Below, one piece after another: positions 10,797 through 23,208 of a stretch of 52,323 nt of DNA. The notes under the pieces are model-generated. The model had not been told where the DNA came from, did not search any database, and saw nothing but the letters and a program-made list of their open reading frames with translations. A program made the translations under genes and the position numbers. Position 1 is the stretch's first letter, and every line of letters starts with the position of its first letter. This stretch comes from an uncultured Chitinophagaceae bacterium (lineage in GTDB: Bacteria > Planctomycetota > Planctomycetia > Pirellulales > UBA1268). The DNA is taken from assembly GCA_964585575.1 (NCBI GenBank), contig CAZPEM010000004.1:1-52323 (forward strand). The letters run 5' to 3'.

Positions 10797-11807
10797 ATGC
10801 TTGAAAAACGTACGGCAGGTGTGGCGTTCGAGGAGGTCGGCTCGGCCGTCGGGGCCGTGACCGAGAACGTGGATATCGCTGGCATCGAGCAGGACCACAT
10901 GCCTCCCGCGGGCGTCGAGCCCCGCCGCGATGGGATCGTCGACACCGCCGTGCACGACCTCGCCAAGGACATCGACTGGCCGACGCTTCTCTGGATCACG
11001 GGCATCCACGCGATGGCGCTGGCGGCGCCCTTCACGTTCACCTGGTCGGGGCTCGCCATCTGCGCCGTGCTCTCCTGGGTGACCGGTTCGCTCGGCGTCT
11101 GCCTCGGCTACCACCGGATGCTGACCCACGGAAGCTTCCTCACCTATCCGTTGGTCCGATGGGTGTTCGCCTTCATCGGCGGGATCTCCGGGGAGGGATC
11201 GGCCGTCGTGTGGGTGGCAAACCACCGCAAGCATCACGCCTTCAGCGACCAGCCCGGCGATCCCCACACGCCGCGGGAGGGCGGGCTCTGGGCCCACATG
11301 CTCTGGCTCTTCCCCAGGCACTCGTCCCAGGAGGTGGACGCGCACGTGAAGCGGTGGGCTCCGGATCTCGCCCGCGATCGCGGCATCATGTTTCTCCACC
11401 ACACGTTCATCCTCTGGCATCTCCTCATCGGCGCAGCGCTCTTGGGCACCGGCTGGGCCTGGTACGGGCCGGCGGTCGGCCTGTCGTGGCTGGTCTGGGG
11501 GATGGCGGTGCGGATGATCTATGTCTTCCATGTGACCTGGTTCGTGAATTCGGCAACCCACATGTGGGGCTACCGCAACTACGAGACGACCGATGATTCG
11601 AGGAACCTGTGGTGGGTGGGGCTGCTCGCCTTTGGCGAGGGTTGGCACAACAATCACCACGCGTTCCAGCGGATGGCCAAGCACGGCCACAAGTGGTGGG
11701 AAGTCGACTCGACCTACTGGGTGATCCTCGCGCTGGAGAAGCTGGGGCTCGCCTGGAACGTGGTGCACGAGCCCCCCAAGGCGGCGGCCGCCCGGATGGG
11801 TCGGTGA
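10797..11807 (+). CDS. Delta-9 acyl-lipid/acyl-CoA fatty acid desaturase
   Basis: His boxes HRMLTH, HRKHH and GEGWHNNHH, plus NSATH and hydrophobic segments; start uncertain. Confidence 0.93.
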   Translation: MLEKRTAGVAFEEVGSAVGAVTENVDIAGIEQDHMPPAGVEPRRDGIVDTAVHDLAKDIDWPTLLWITGIHAMALAAPFTFTWSGLAICAVLSWVTGSLGVCLGYHRMLTHGSFLTYPLVRWVFAFIGGISGEGSAVVWVANHRKHHAFSDQPGDPHTPREGGLWAHMLWLFPRHSSQEVDAHVKRWAPDLARDRGIMFLHHTFILWHLLIGAALLGTGWAWYGPAVGLSWLVWGMAVRMIYVFHVTWFVNSATHMWGYRNYETTDDSRNLWWVGLLAFGEGWHNNHHAFQRMAKHGHKWWEVDSTYWVILALEKLGLAWNVVHEPPKAAAARMGR

Positions 11808-11863
11808 CCGTCGGCCGCCGGTTTGGTCGAGCGGCCCAAACGCCTGGTGTTTTCGGCCGACGA

Positions 11864-11891
11864 TTGCAATTTCAGGCCCTCGCCGTACACT
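11864..11891 (+). promoter_or_regulatory. Putative sigma70 promoter of rpsO-pnp
   Basis: TTGCAA-16 nt-TACACT about 90 nt upstream of rpsO. Confidence 0.6.
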
Positions 11892-11982
11892 TTTCAGCTG
11901 GAAACCAGGGTTATAAGTTCGGCGGTCGAGTGGCCGCCTTCCTCGTTGTGGAGCCGGCCCGAATTGGCCGGCAAAAGATTTC

Positions 11983-12252
11983 ATGTCGTTGACGAAAGAA
12001 CACAAGCAGGAGTTGATCGGCTCCTTCAAGCGTGGCAAGGCCGACACCGGATCGGCGGAGGTGCAGATCGCCCTCCTCTCCGGACGGATTTCGCAGCTCA
12101 CCGGTCATTTCAAGAAGCACTCGAAGGACTTCGCCAGTCGCCGTGGACTGCTGATGATGGTCAGCCGTCGTCGCCGGCTCCTGGACTATCTGAAGGGGGT
12201 CGCGCCGAGCCGCTATCTCGAAGTCATCAAGCGGCTCGACATCAGGAAGTGA
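11983..12252 (+). CDS. rpsO: 30S ribosomal protein S15
   Basis: [24 protein letters not shown]; 89 aa; directly upstream of pnp. Confidence 0.98.
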   Translation: MSLTKEHKQELIGSFKRGKADTGSAEVQIALLSGRISQLTGHFKKHSKDFASRRGLLMMVSRRRRLLDYLKGVAPSRYLEVIKRLDIRK

Positions 12253-12534
12253 TTCGGGCCGTCGCGTTTCCGATCGGGGCGGGCCTTTCAAGGCCTGCGG
12301 CGGTTGGGATGTCTGCGACAGGCGGCTGGATGTCGTTGACTCGGTTTTCGATGTCCGGTTTGGTTGTCGACGGCCGGTTTGGTCGTCGAGGGTTTTCGAA
12401 TTCGTGGTTGGAGAGATTTCGCCGGAGCGTTTCCGGCGGCAAGTACAGGGCGGCATAGTGACCGCCGAGAAAGCTCGCAGTCGCCGCGGAAAAGCCGCAG
12501 GCCGACGGTGCGACAAAGCAGTGAAGGAGAAAAC

Positions 12535-14670
<2,136 letters not shown>

Positions 14671-14681
14671 TCCGGATCGCG

Positions 14682-15527
14682 ATGCCGTCGAGCGATGCCG
14701 AAGGTCTGATCAACGGGGGCCGCTCGCCAGCGAGCGTGGTCGCGGAACTGGCGGCGCTCGTGGGCGGACTCGCCCACGAGATCCGCAATCCGCTCTCCAC
14801 GATCCGGCTCAACATGGAGCTGTTGGCGGAGGACTTCCCGGAGCCACGGGGCGACGAGCCCGGGAAGTCCGCCGCCGAGAAGCACCGCGACCGCCGTGCG
14901 AGGGCGAAGATCGAGCTCGTGCGGCAGGAGTGCGACCGGCTCGAGAAGCTGCTCGGCGATTTCCTCGACTTCGCGAGGCAGGAGCAGCTCACGCTCGAAC
15001 CGGGCAGCCTCAACGTGGAAATCTCGCAGCTGCTCGATTTCTTCGCGCCGCGGGCCGACGAGGCGGGCGTGGAGGTGCTGCGATACCTCGATCCCCAGCT
15101 GCCGGCCGTGATGCTCGACCGCGACTCGTTTCGCTCCGCCGTCCTGAACCTGCTCATCAACTCCGTCCAGGCGATGCACGCGGCCAATGAGCCGGGCCCC
15201 GGGGGCAGTGAGTCGGCGGGCAGTGAGTCGGCGGGCAGTGTGGCTGCGGGCAGTGTGGCTGCGGGCCAGCTCGTCGTCCGAACGAGGCCGAGCGGCCGTG
15301 GCGTGCTCCTCGAGCTCATCGACACCGGGCCCGGCATGGACGAGGAGACGCTCGCAAAGGCCTTCACGGCCTTCTTCACCACCAAGCAGGGAGGCTCCGG
15401 CCTCGGGCTGCCGACGACCCGCAAGATCGTGGAGGCCCACGGAGGAAGCATCGACGTGGAGAGCGCTCCGGGGCGTGGCACGAAGGTCGCGATCTGGTTG
15501 CCGGTGCCGGCCCGTCTCGCCTCGTAG
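14682..15527 (+). CDS. Histidine kinase (HisKA + HATPase) with no sensor domain
   Basis: GLAHEIRNPL H-box near residue 32, NLLINS N-box, DTGPG, FFTTKQGGSGLGL. Confidence 0.9.
   Translation: MPSSDAEGLINGGRSPASVVAELAALVGGLAHEIRNPLSTIRLNMELLAEDFPEPRGDEPGKSAAEKHRDRRARAKIELVRQECDRLEKLLGDFLDFARQEQLTLEPGSLNVEISQLLDFFAPRADEAGVEVLRYLDPQLPAVMLDRDSFRSAVLNLLINSVQAMHAANEPGPGGSESAGSESAGSVAAGSVAAGQLVVRTRPSGRGVLLELIDTGPGMDEETLAKAFTAFFTTKQGGSGLGLPTTRKIVEAHGGSIDVESAPGRGTKVAIWLPVPARLAS
15203..15266 (+). repeat. Four 15-bp tandem units inside the kinase gene
   Basis: (GGGCAGTGAGTCGGC)x2 then (GGGCAGTGTGGCTGC)x2, encoding GSESA GSESA GSVAA GSVAA. Confidence 0.95.
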
Positions 15528-15602
15528 CCCGACGGGGCTGCCGATGGCCGCGATCGCCGAAAAACTGGACGGGACAGCCGCACGCTTCGTACCATCAACC
15601 TC

Positions 15603-17036
15603 ATGCCGCAACCTCCGCACGACGCTCCTTCCGACCTCTCCGCCAACGCCCTGGTGCGGGTGCTCGTCGTCGACAACGACATCGTGCACGGCCGAACCAT
15701 GGGCGAGGGGCTCGAGCGGCTGGGTTTTCGCTGCACGATCGCCGGCGGGGGCAACGAGGGGGCCAGGAAGCTGGAACAGGAGTCCTTCGACGTCGTCGTG
15801 ACCGACCTCATGATGAACGACATCGGGGGGCTCGAGATTCTCGCCCGTGCGAAGAAGGTTTCCCCGGAAACGGAGGTGATCGTGGTCACCGGCCACGGCA
15901 CGATTCCATCGGCCGTCGCCGCGATGCAGCAGGGGGCGACGACCTACCTCCAGAAGCCGCTCGACCTCTCCCATCTCCGGCAGGCGGTCGAGCGGGCGAG
16001 CGAGGGCATCCGGCTCAAGCGGCAAAACGCCGAACTCAACCGGCGGCTCGACGAGAAGTTCGGCTTCGAAGGGGTGGTCGGATCGAGCCCGCTGATGCTC
16101 TCGCTCATCGAGCGGCTCAAGCGGATCGCCCCCACCGACGCGACGGTGCTCATCCAGGGGGAGACCGGAACCGGCAAGGAGCTCGTCGCGCAGGCGATCC
16201 ACCAGAACAGCCCGCGGAAGGCGAAGCCGTTCGTGGCGCTCAACTGCGCGGCCTTGAGTGAGAACATCCTCGAGAGCGAGCTGTTCGGCCACGTGAAGGG
16301 TGCCTTCACCGACGCTTCCAGCGACCGGGTCGGGAAGTTCGAGTACGCGAACGGCGGCACGCTCTTCCTCGACGAGGTCGGGGACATGCCGATGGCGACC
16401 CAGATCAAGCTGCTTCGGGTTCTCGAGTCGGGAGAGATCACGAGGGTCGGCTCCAACTCGCCCCTGAAGGTCAATGTGCGGATTCTCTCCGCCACCAACC
16501 GCAACCTCGAGGAGGCGATCCAAGGAGGGGGCTTCCGCAGCGATCTCTACCACCGCCTCAAGGTCGTGACGATCGCGATTCCCACGCTTCGCGAGCGATC
16601 GGCCGACATCCCGCTTTTGATCGAGCATTTCGTGCGGATCTACTCGAAGCGGCACGGCAAGCAGATCACGGGCGTGTCGCTCGCGGCACGGAAGCGGCTC
16701 GGGGCGTTCGCCTGGCCTGGCAACGTGCGTCAGCTGCGAAACGTCGTCGAGAGCATGGTCGTGGTCGACTGCGACGGCACGCTCGACGTCGACGACCTTC
16801 CGCTCGAACTGGAGCCCGAGCCGGCGGCCGCGGTGGCCTCCGCCGCGGTGTCGGCCGACGTGGTGGCCGCGGGCGGGATCGCGGCGCTCGTCGGCAAGCC
16901 GCTCGAGGAGATCGAGCGAATCTTCATCAGCGAGACGCTGAAGCTCACCGGCGGAAATCGCGAGCAGGCGGCGGAACTTTTGGGCATCGGCGAGCGAACG
17001 CTCTACCGGAAGATCAAGGAGTTTCAGCTCACGTGA
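15603..17036 (+). CDS. Sigma54-dependent response regulator (NtrC/AtoC family)
   Basis: Receiver domain (VVDN, VVTDLMM), [29 protein letters not shown] and a Fis-type HTH. Confidence 0.95.
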   Translation: MPQPPHDAPSDLSANALVRVLVVDNDIVHGRTMGEGLERLGFRCTIAGGGNEGARKLEQESFDVVVTDLMMNDIGGLEILARAKKVSPETEVIVVTGHGTIPSAVAAMQQGATTYLQKPLDLSHLRQAVERASEGIRLKRQNAELNRRLDEKFGFEGVVGSSPLMLSLIERLKRIAPTDATVLIQGETGTGKELVAQAIHQNSPRKAKPFVALNCAALSENILESELFGHVKGAFTDASSDRVGKFEYANGGTLFLDEVGDMPMATQIKLLRVLESGEITRVGSNSPLKVNVRILSATNRNLEEAIQGGGFRSDLYHRLKVVTIAIPTLRERSADIPLLIEHFVRIYSKRHGKQITGVSLAARKRLGAFAWPGNVRQLRNVVESMVVVDCDGTLDVDDLPLELEPEPAAAVASAAVSADVVAAGGIAALVGKPLEEIERIFISETLKLTGGNREQAAELLGIGERTLYRKIKEFQLT

Positions 17037-18850
17037 GCCGCACGGCACGAATCGCGAAGCTTCCTCCCTCCGTGGTGAATCGCATTGCCGCGGGCGAGGT
17101 CGTGGAACGGCCTGCGAGCGTCGTGAAGGAACTCCTCGAGAACGCCGTGGACTCCGGCCCGTCGCGGGTGGAAGTCGCCGTCGAGCAGGGAGGCATCGCG
17201 CTTGTCCGGGTCACCGACGACGGGTCCGGGATCGAGCCGGAAGACCTTCCCCTGGCGGTCGAGAACCATGCCACGAGCAAGCTCCGGCAGGCCGACGATC
17301 TCGCGGAGGTGGCCACGCTCGGCTTTCGCGGCGAGGCGTTGGCGTCGATCGGCGAGGTGGCGAGGCTCGTGATCCGGTCGCGGCCCCCCGCGCGGCAAAG
17401 CGGCGCCATGATCGAGATCGATTGCGGCGAGGCGAAGGCGGTGGTCCCGTGCGGTGGTGCCGTCGGCACGACCGTCGAGGTGCACCAGCTCTTCGCGAAG
17501 ATTCCCGCGCGGCGGGCGTTCCTGCGGACGGCGGCGACGGAGTGGGCCCACGTGTCCGATGCCTTCACCCGCACGGCGCTTGCGCATCCCTCGATCGCGA
17601 TGACGCTTTCCCACAACGGCCGCGCCATACACGAGCTTCCGGCCGTGGAGAACTGGCGGGACCGCATCGCCGGCATCCACGGCGGCTCGCTCGCCGAGAG
17701 GCTGATTGCGGTGAGGGCCGAGGCCGACGGCGCGATGGTCGAAGGATGGGTGGGCCGGCCCGAGGACGACATGGCGAGCACGCGGCTCCAGCAGCTGTTC
17801 GTGAACGGTCGTCCCTTCCGCGACCGCTCGATCCTCCACGCCGTGCAGGAAGCCTACCGTGGGCTGCTGCTGACCGGTCGCCAGCCGATCGTCTTCCTCC
17901 GGATCGATGTCGATCCGTCGCAGGTCGACGTGAACGTGCATCCGGCCAAGACGGAGGTCCGGTTTCGCGAGCCTTCGAAGCTCCACCAGCTCGTGCTCGC
18001 GGGCGTCCGCACGTCGTTTCTGTCGGCAGACCTGTCGGCCCGCCTGGTTCCGCCGGTCGATCGCGGCGGGGTGGAAGTCCGGCTGTCGGCCGAGCCGCGA
18101 TCCATACCTTCGTTCCGTCCGCACGCTGCTTCGGGCGGCGGCCTGCCGCTCCCCCGGAGAGCGGCCGCGGAGGAAATCGATCGGCGTCGCGACCCCTCCC
18201 TGCCCTTCGCCGCGGCCGCGGCCGCCGAAGCCCCCCGGGGCGGTGACGCCGCGGAACCCTGGCCGTCGCCGACCGGTGAGCAGACGCCGCGGGCGATCCA
18301 GATGCACGACCGCTACCTCGTCGTCGAGACGCCGGAGGGGATCGAGGTGATCGATCAGCATGCGCTTCACGAGCGGGTGCTCTTCGCCGAGATGCGGCGG
18401 TCGCTCGCCGGGGGCGGGCTCGAGTCGCAGCGGCTGCTCGTGCCGGAGACGGTCGAACTCGCGGCCGCGGAGGCAGAGCTTCTGCGTTGCCATGCCCCTT
18501 TGCTCGAGCGGGTGGGGCTGCGTGTCGAGCCGTTCGGCGGCTCCGGGGTGGCCGTGACGGCGAAGCCCGCCATGTCGCGGCGGACGCCGGCCGCAGCGCT
18601 CCTGCGGGAGGTGCTCGGACGGCTCGAGAACGCCGATGCCGGCGAGCCGGAGCGGCTGCTGGACGAAGTGCTCCACGGAATGGCCTGCAAGGCGGCGATC
18701 AAGGCCGGCGACCCGCTGTCGCGGCAGGAGATCGACGCGCTTGTCAGCCGCCGGGATGGCGTCGAAGATTCCCACCACTGCCCGCACGGCCGGCCCACGA
18801 CGCTCAAGCTCTCGCGGCAGGAGCTCGACCGACAGTTCCGCCGCACATGA
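17033..18850 (+). CDS. mutL: DNA mismatch repair endonuclease MutL
   Basis: [60 protein letters not shown]. Confidence 0.97.
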   Translation: MSRTARIAKLPPSVVNRIAAGEVVERPASVVKELLENAVDSGPSRVEVAVEQGGIALVRVTDDGSGIEPEDLPLAVENHATSKLRQADDLAEVATLGFRGEALASIGEVARLVIRSRPPARQSGAMIEIDCGEAKAVVPCGGAVGTTVEVHQLFAKIPARRAFLRTAATEWAHVSDAFTRTALAHPSIAMTLSHNGRAIHELPAVENWRDRIAGIHGGSLAERLIAVRAEADGAMVEGWVGRPEDDMASTRLQQLFVNGRPFRDRSILHAVQEAYRGLLLTGRQPIVFLRIDVDPSQVDVNVHPAKTEVRFREPSKLHQLVLAGVRTSFLSADLSARLVPPVDRGGVEVRLSAEPRSIPSFRPHAASGGGLPLPRRAAAEEIDRRRDPSLPFAAAAAAEAPRGGDAAEPWPSPTGEQTPRAIQMHDRYLVVETPEGIEVIDQHALHERVLFAEMRRSLAGGGLESQRLLVPETVELAAAEAELLRCHAPLLERVGLRVEPFGGSGVAVTAKPAMSRRTPAAALLREVLGRLENADAGEPERLLDEVLHGMACKAAIKAGDPLSRQEIDALVSRRDGVEDSHHCPHGRPTTLKLSRQELDRQFRRT

Positions 18851-18896
18851 GCCTGGCGACCGCACCGATGGCACCACAACGAGGGGGCGACCGAGG

Positions 18897-20390
18897 ATGA
18901 TCTGCGTCAGCATCGGCCGCGGCCGTCATCGGCACGTGATCGCCGAGCACAAGCATCTCGCCGACGACGGAATCGAGCTCGTCGAACTGCGGCTCGACTA
19001 CATCCAGGGCGAGGTGCAGGTGAAGCGGTTGCTCCGGGATCGTCCATGCCCGGTGATCGTCACATGCCGCCGGGCTTCGGATGGCGGCCGCTGGGGCCGC
19101 TCGGAGGAGGCGAGGCTCGTCGTGCTGCGGACGGCGATCGTCGAGGGGGCCGAATACGTCGACCTGGAGGACGACATCGCGTCGCAGGTGCCGAGGTATG
19201 GAAAAACGAAGCGGATCGTGAGCCACCACGACTTCCACCGGACGCCCGCGGACCTCGCTGGCCTGCACGAAAAGCTCGCCTCGATGGACGCCGACATCGT
19301 GAAGGTCGCCACGATGGCGAATCACCCGGACGACAACCTGCGGATGCTCGACCTCGTGCGGGGGAGCAAGGTGCCGACGATCGGGATCTGCATGGGAGAC
19401 ATCGGCGTGCCGACCCGCGTGCTCGGGCTCCGCTGCGGCAGCCCCTTCACGTTCGCCACCTTCCACGACGACCGCGTCCTGGCGCCGGGGCAGATCGGCT
19501 GGAAGCAGATGCGGCAGCTCTACCGCGTCGATGCCGTCACGGACGCCACGAAGATCCTCGGCGTGATCGCCGACCCGGTCGCCCACAGCCTCAGCCCGGC
19601 CGTCCACAACGCGGCCTACGCGGCCGCGGGGCTCGACGCGGTCTACCTGCCCTTTCGCGTGCCAGCCGAGCACCTCGATGCATTCCTCGCGTCGGCTCCA
19701 CGCTGGCCCCTCTCTGGGCTGAGCGTCACGATCCCGCACAAGGAGAAGGTGCTCGGCGTCGCGGAGCCCGCCGACGACATCGTGACCTCGATCGGAGCGG
19801 CCAACACGCTCGTTTTCGGGAGCGGCCGCCTCGCGGCCTACAACACCGACGCGACGGCGGCGGTCGAGAGCATCGAGGCATTGCTGCAGGCGGCCGAGGG
19901 GGAGGCTGACAAGGCTTTCCCGAAGACGGCGATCGTGCTCGGGGCGGGCGGCGCCGCGCGGGCCGTGGCGTTCGGCCTGAAGCGGAAGCATGTCGATGTG
20001 ACCGTGACCGGCCGGACGGCCGAGCGGGCGAAGAAGCTCGCGGCCGACGTCGGTTGCAAGGCGGTCGAGTGGCAGGCGAGGTATCGGCTTCCGTACGACT
20101 GCATCGTCAACGCGACCCCGATCGGCATGCATCCCAACATCGACGAGACGCCCTTCGACCGCGAGCATCTGCGGCCCTACATGATCGTCTTCGACACCGT
20201 CTACAATCCGGAGAACACGCTGCTCGTGAAGAACGCGCGGGCGGTCGGATGCCGGACCGTGACCGGCGTGGAGATGTTCGTCCGGCAGGCGGCGGACCAG
20301 CATCGGCTCTGGCACGGCGTGGATCCGCCGCCCGACGTCATGCGGGACGCGGTGAAGCGGGCCACCGCATCCTACAAGTCGCCCGATTGA
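18897..20390 (+). CDS. aroDE: Bifunctional type I 3-dehydroquinate dehydratase / shikimate dehydrogenase
   Basis: N-terminal ELRLD...SHHDF...KVA...APGQ (AroD), then HSLSP, SVTIPHK, NTD, GAGGAA, NATPIGM (AroE). Confidence 0.92.
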   Translation: MICVSIGRGRHRHVIAEHKHLADDGIELVELRLDYIQGEVQVKRLLRDRPCPVIVTCRRASDGGRWGRSEEARLVVLRTAIVEGAEYVDLEDDIASQVPRYGKTKRIVSHHDFHRTPADLAGLHEKLASMDADIVKVATMANHPDDNLRMLDLVRGSKVPTIGICMGDIGVPTRVLGLRCGSPFTFATFHDDRVLAPGQIGWKQMRQLYRVDAVTDATKILGVIADPVAHSLSPAVHNAAYAAAGLDAVYLPFRVPAEHLDAFLASAPRWPLSGLSVTIPHKEKVLGVAEPADDIVTSIGAANTLVFGSGRLAAYNTDATAAVESIEALLQAAEGEADKAFPKTAIVLGAGGAARAVAFGLKRKHVDVTVTGRTAERAKKLAADVGCKAVEWQARYRLPYDCIVNATPIGMHPNIDETPFDREHLRPYMIVFDTVYNPENTLLVKNARAVGCRTVTGVEMFVRQAADQHRLWHGVDPPPDVMRDAVKRATASYKSPD

Positions 20391-20409
20391 AGCGGTCACA
20401 GGGTCGTTC

Positions 20410-20958
20410 ATGCCACGCCTCACGCTCGTCGGCTTTCGCGGCACAGGCAAGACGACGGTCGCCTCGGCGGTCGCTTCGCGGCTCGGGTGCGACTGGCAGG
20501 ATGCCGACGTCGCCTTCGAGCGGCAGGCTCACGTGACGGTTGCGGAGTTCTTCGCGTCGCACGGGGAGGCCGCGTTTCGTGACCGAGAGACCGACCTGCT
20601 CTCCCTGCTGCTCGCAACGTGTGAGGGAGTGCTCGCGACGGGAGGGGGTGTCGTCGTCCGCGAGGCGAATCGGCGGCTCCTCGCCGAGCGCGGGCGGCCG
20701 GTCGTCTGGCTCGACGCGACGCCTGAGAGCGTGCGGCGCCGTCTCGAGGCCGACCCCGCGACCGCCGCGAGAAGGCCGTCGCTCACCGGAGGCGATCCGT
20801 TCGCCGAGGTGGAGCGGCTTCTCCGCGAGCGGGAGCCGCTCTACGCGGAAGTGGCCGACCTTCGGATCGATACGTCGGGCCTCGCGGTCGACGCCGTGAC
20901 GGACCGGATTGTCGCATGGCTCGCGTCGCGGCCTCTCGCTTCTGGAAACGCCCCGTGA
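20410..20958 (+). CDS. aroK: Shikimate kinase
   Basis: GFRGTGKT P-loop, GEAAFR, ATGGG, RP, REPLY. Confidence 0.95.
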   Translation: MPRLTLVGFRGTGKTTVASAVASRLGCDWQDADVAFERQAHVTVAEFFASHGEAAFRDRETDLLSLLLATCEGVLATGGGVVVREANRRLLAERGRPVVWLDATPESVRRRLEADPATAARRPSLTGGDPFAEVERLLREREPLYAEVADLRIDTSGLAVDAVTDRIVAWLASRPLASGNAP

Positions 20959-22118
20959 TGGCCTCCTTCGCCATGTCGCCGGAAGCAGTGTCCTCCCACG
21001 CCGCGGCCGGGATCGCCTTCGCGGCGGCGGGCGGTCTGCTCGGCTGGGCGGTCGCCTCGGGGATCGGCAGCCTCTTTTGCGAGCTCGAGCGGGAGTGGGG
21101 CGAGCCCGGCCGCCCGTCGCGGGTTCCATCTCGGGCGGTGAGGCTCGGCTTCGTGGCCGCGGCGATCGTGGCGGGTGTCGGCATCTACGCCTGGGAGGCG
21201 GCCCTGCGGGGCCTCGACCCGATGGGAATTCCACCGGATGGTCTGCTGCCCGCCTGGCCGCGGGCGGCCGGGCACCTTCTGCTCTTCGCTTTCATGGCCG
21301 CGGCGGTCTGGTGCGACCTCGAATACAGGATCATCCCCGACGCGATCACTGTTCCGGGAGCGATTCTCGGAATGATCTGCGTGACGGTGTGGCCGGATCT
21401 GCTGCTTCCGGTCGGCTGGGAGCAGCCGAGGAGCTACGCACCGCCGGTCGTGGAGGCCGACGTCCTCGGCGCGATCGGCCCGCTACGAGGCACGGCCGGC
21501 TCGGCCTGGCTGGGGGCCGCGCCGTCGCCCTGGGGCCTTGCGACGCTCGCCGCGGCGTTCATCGCGTGGTGGGCGGTTTGCACGGCGCCCGCCGCTGTCC
21601 GCTCGGGCTGGCGAGACCCACGGGCGTGGATCCTCCCCGCCGGACTCGTGGCAGTGGTTGCTGTCTGGATCGCGGGAAGCCGCGACGAACTGCTCGTGCA
21701 CTTTCGCGCGGCCGAGGCATCGCTCTTCGGCGGCTTCGTTTCCGGCGGGCTCGTCTGGCTCATCCGGGAGGCTGCTTCCCGGGCGCTCGGCCGAGAGGCG
21801 ATGGGGCTTGGCGACGTGACGCTCATGGCCATGATCGGCGGCTGGTGCGGCTGGCAGCATGGCGTGCTCACGTTCTTCGCCGCGGCGTTCATCGGACTCG
21901 CCCAGGGCTTCGTCGCCTGGATCGTCCGACGAGACCATGAGCTTCCCTACGGACCGAGTCTCTGCCTCGCCGGGGCCGTCGTGATCCTGGCCTGGAGGGG
22001 CGTGTGGAACCGCGTCGGAATTCACTTCGATGATCCGCTCCTTCTCTTGGCCGCGGTCGCCGGCGTGATCGTGCTCACGGGACTGACGCTCGCCGGCTGG
22101 GCCCGCGTCCGCCCGTGA
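20958..22118 (+). CDS. Prepilin peptidase-like A24 aspartic peptidase
   Basis: DLEYRIIPD and MGLGDVTLMAMIG catalytic Asp motifs, LPYGPSL, many TM segments; overlaps the aroK stop (TGATG). Confidence 0.85.
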   Translation: MASFAMSPEAVSSHAAAGIAFAAAGGLLGWAVASGIGSLFCELEREWGEPGRPSRVPSRAVRLGFVAAAIVAGVGIYAWEAALRGLDPMGIPPDGLLPAWPRAAGHLLLFAFMAAAVWCDLEYRIIPDAITVPGAILGMICVTVWPDLLLPVGWEQPRSYAPPVVEADVLGAIGPLRGTAGSAWLGAAPSPWGLATLAAAFIAWWAVCTAPAAVRSGWRDPRAWILPAGLVAVVAVWIAGSRDELLVHFRAAEASLFGGFVSGGLVWLIREAASRALGREAMGLGDVTLMAMIGGWCGWQHGVLTFFAAAFIGLAQGFVAWIVRRDHELPYGPSLCLAGAVVILAWRGVWNRVGIHFDDPLLLLAAVAGVIVLTGLTLAGWARVRP

Positions 22119-22233
22119 GGCCGGTCGGCGACACGGCTTCCTGCCATGTTTCCCCCAGGGAAGTCGGCCTTGCCGCGGCCACCATAGTCCTCCTACCCTC
22201 CCTCCGCCCCGGTCGAGGGGCTTGGAGCAGGCA

Positions 22234-23166
22234 ATGCTGGCATGCCGTTGCGCGAACCGTGTGGAGTGCTGCGTCGTCGCGGCGGTGGTCGTCGTCGCGG
22301 TGGCCGCAGGCTGCTCCCAGAACATCTTCAAGACGGGGCTCGTGCGGCCCGGAACATCGGCCCCGACGCCGGGGCTCTCGCCGCCGGTGATCGAGGGGCC
22401 TCCGGTCGTCTCGATGGACGGCGTGCCGCCAATGCTTCCCCCGTCTTCCTCGTCAGGGCCCGCGTCCGCCATGCCGGGCGGGGCGGGGGCCGAGGTGATG
22501 CTCGCGCAGAGCCGCGAGCAGTCGACCCTGCTCAAGGAAGAAGTCGAGGCGCTTCGGCAGCAGCTCGCGAGCACCTCGTCGCAGCTCGCCGCGGCGAGGC
22601 AGGCCGGCGGCACGGGCTTCGTCCCGCCGGGCGGGCAGCCGGCAGATGCGTTCACGAGGGGAGCCGCCGGTCCGCACGCCGCTGCGGTCGCCAAGCCGAC
22701 GATCGGTCCGGCGGACATGCAGGCGGCGATGGGGCAGCTCCATCTGCCCGACGGGCAGGCGAGGTTCGACGGCGGCGTGGTTCGCATCGAGATTCCCTCG
22801 GACAGGCTCTTCGAGGGATCGACGGCCGCGTTGCTGCCGGGCGGCGCCGCGGCGCTCTCGCAGGTCGCCACCGAACTCGCCCGCGTCTATCCGAACCACT
22901 TCATCGGCATCGAGGGACACCTCGACAGCGAGCCGCTGCCTGCGGGAGCGCAGCTGCCGCCGCATCAGCTCACCGCCGCCCGCGCCGCGGCCGTGTTCGA
23001 CTTTTTCACCAGCCGCACGTCGCTGCCGGGGCGGCAGCTGTTTCTCGTCGCCCACGGTCCCAATCATCCGGTCGTGTCGAATGCGACCGCCGCGGGCCGC
23101 GCGCGGAACCGCCGGATCGAACTGGTCGTCTACCCCGAGACGCTCGCCCCCGCCGCCGGCTCCTGA
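22234..23166 (+). CDS. OmpA/MotB-like peptidoglycan-binding domain lipoprotein
   Basis: Lipobox-like AVAAGC, coiled coil, IPSDRLF, IEGHLD, RAAAV, GRARNRRIELVV. Confidence 0.8.
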   Translation: MLACRCANRVECCVVAAVVVVAVAAGCSQNIFKTGLVRPGTSAPTPGLSPPVIEGPPVVSMDGVPPMLPPSSSSGPASAMPGGAGAEVMLAQSREQSTLLKEEVEALRQQLASTSSQLAAARQAGGTGFVPPGGQPADAFTRGAAGPHAAAVAKPTIGPADMQAAMGQLHLPDGQARFDGGVVRIEIPSDRLFEGSTAALLPGGAAALSQVATELARVYPNHFIGIEGHLDSEPLPAGAQLPPHQLTAARAAAVFDFFTSRTSLPGRQLFLVAHGPNHPVVSNATAAGRARNRRIELVVYPETLAPAAGS

Positions 23167-23208
23167 CCCGCCTCACGTCGGCGATTTTTCGCGTACAATC
23201 CGCGGGCG

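Noticed and set aside
18350-18395. MutL endonuclease motif reads [13 protein letters not shown] (last Glu shifted by one)
   Set aside because: The key D, H and E residues plus ACK and CPHGRP are intact; likely ordinary variation
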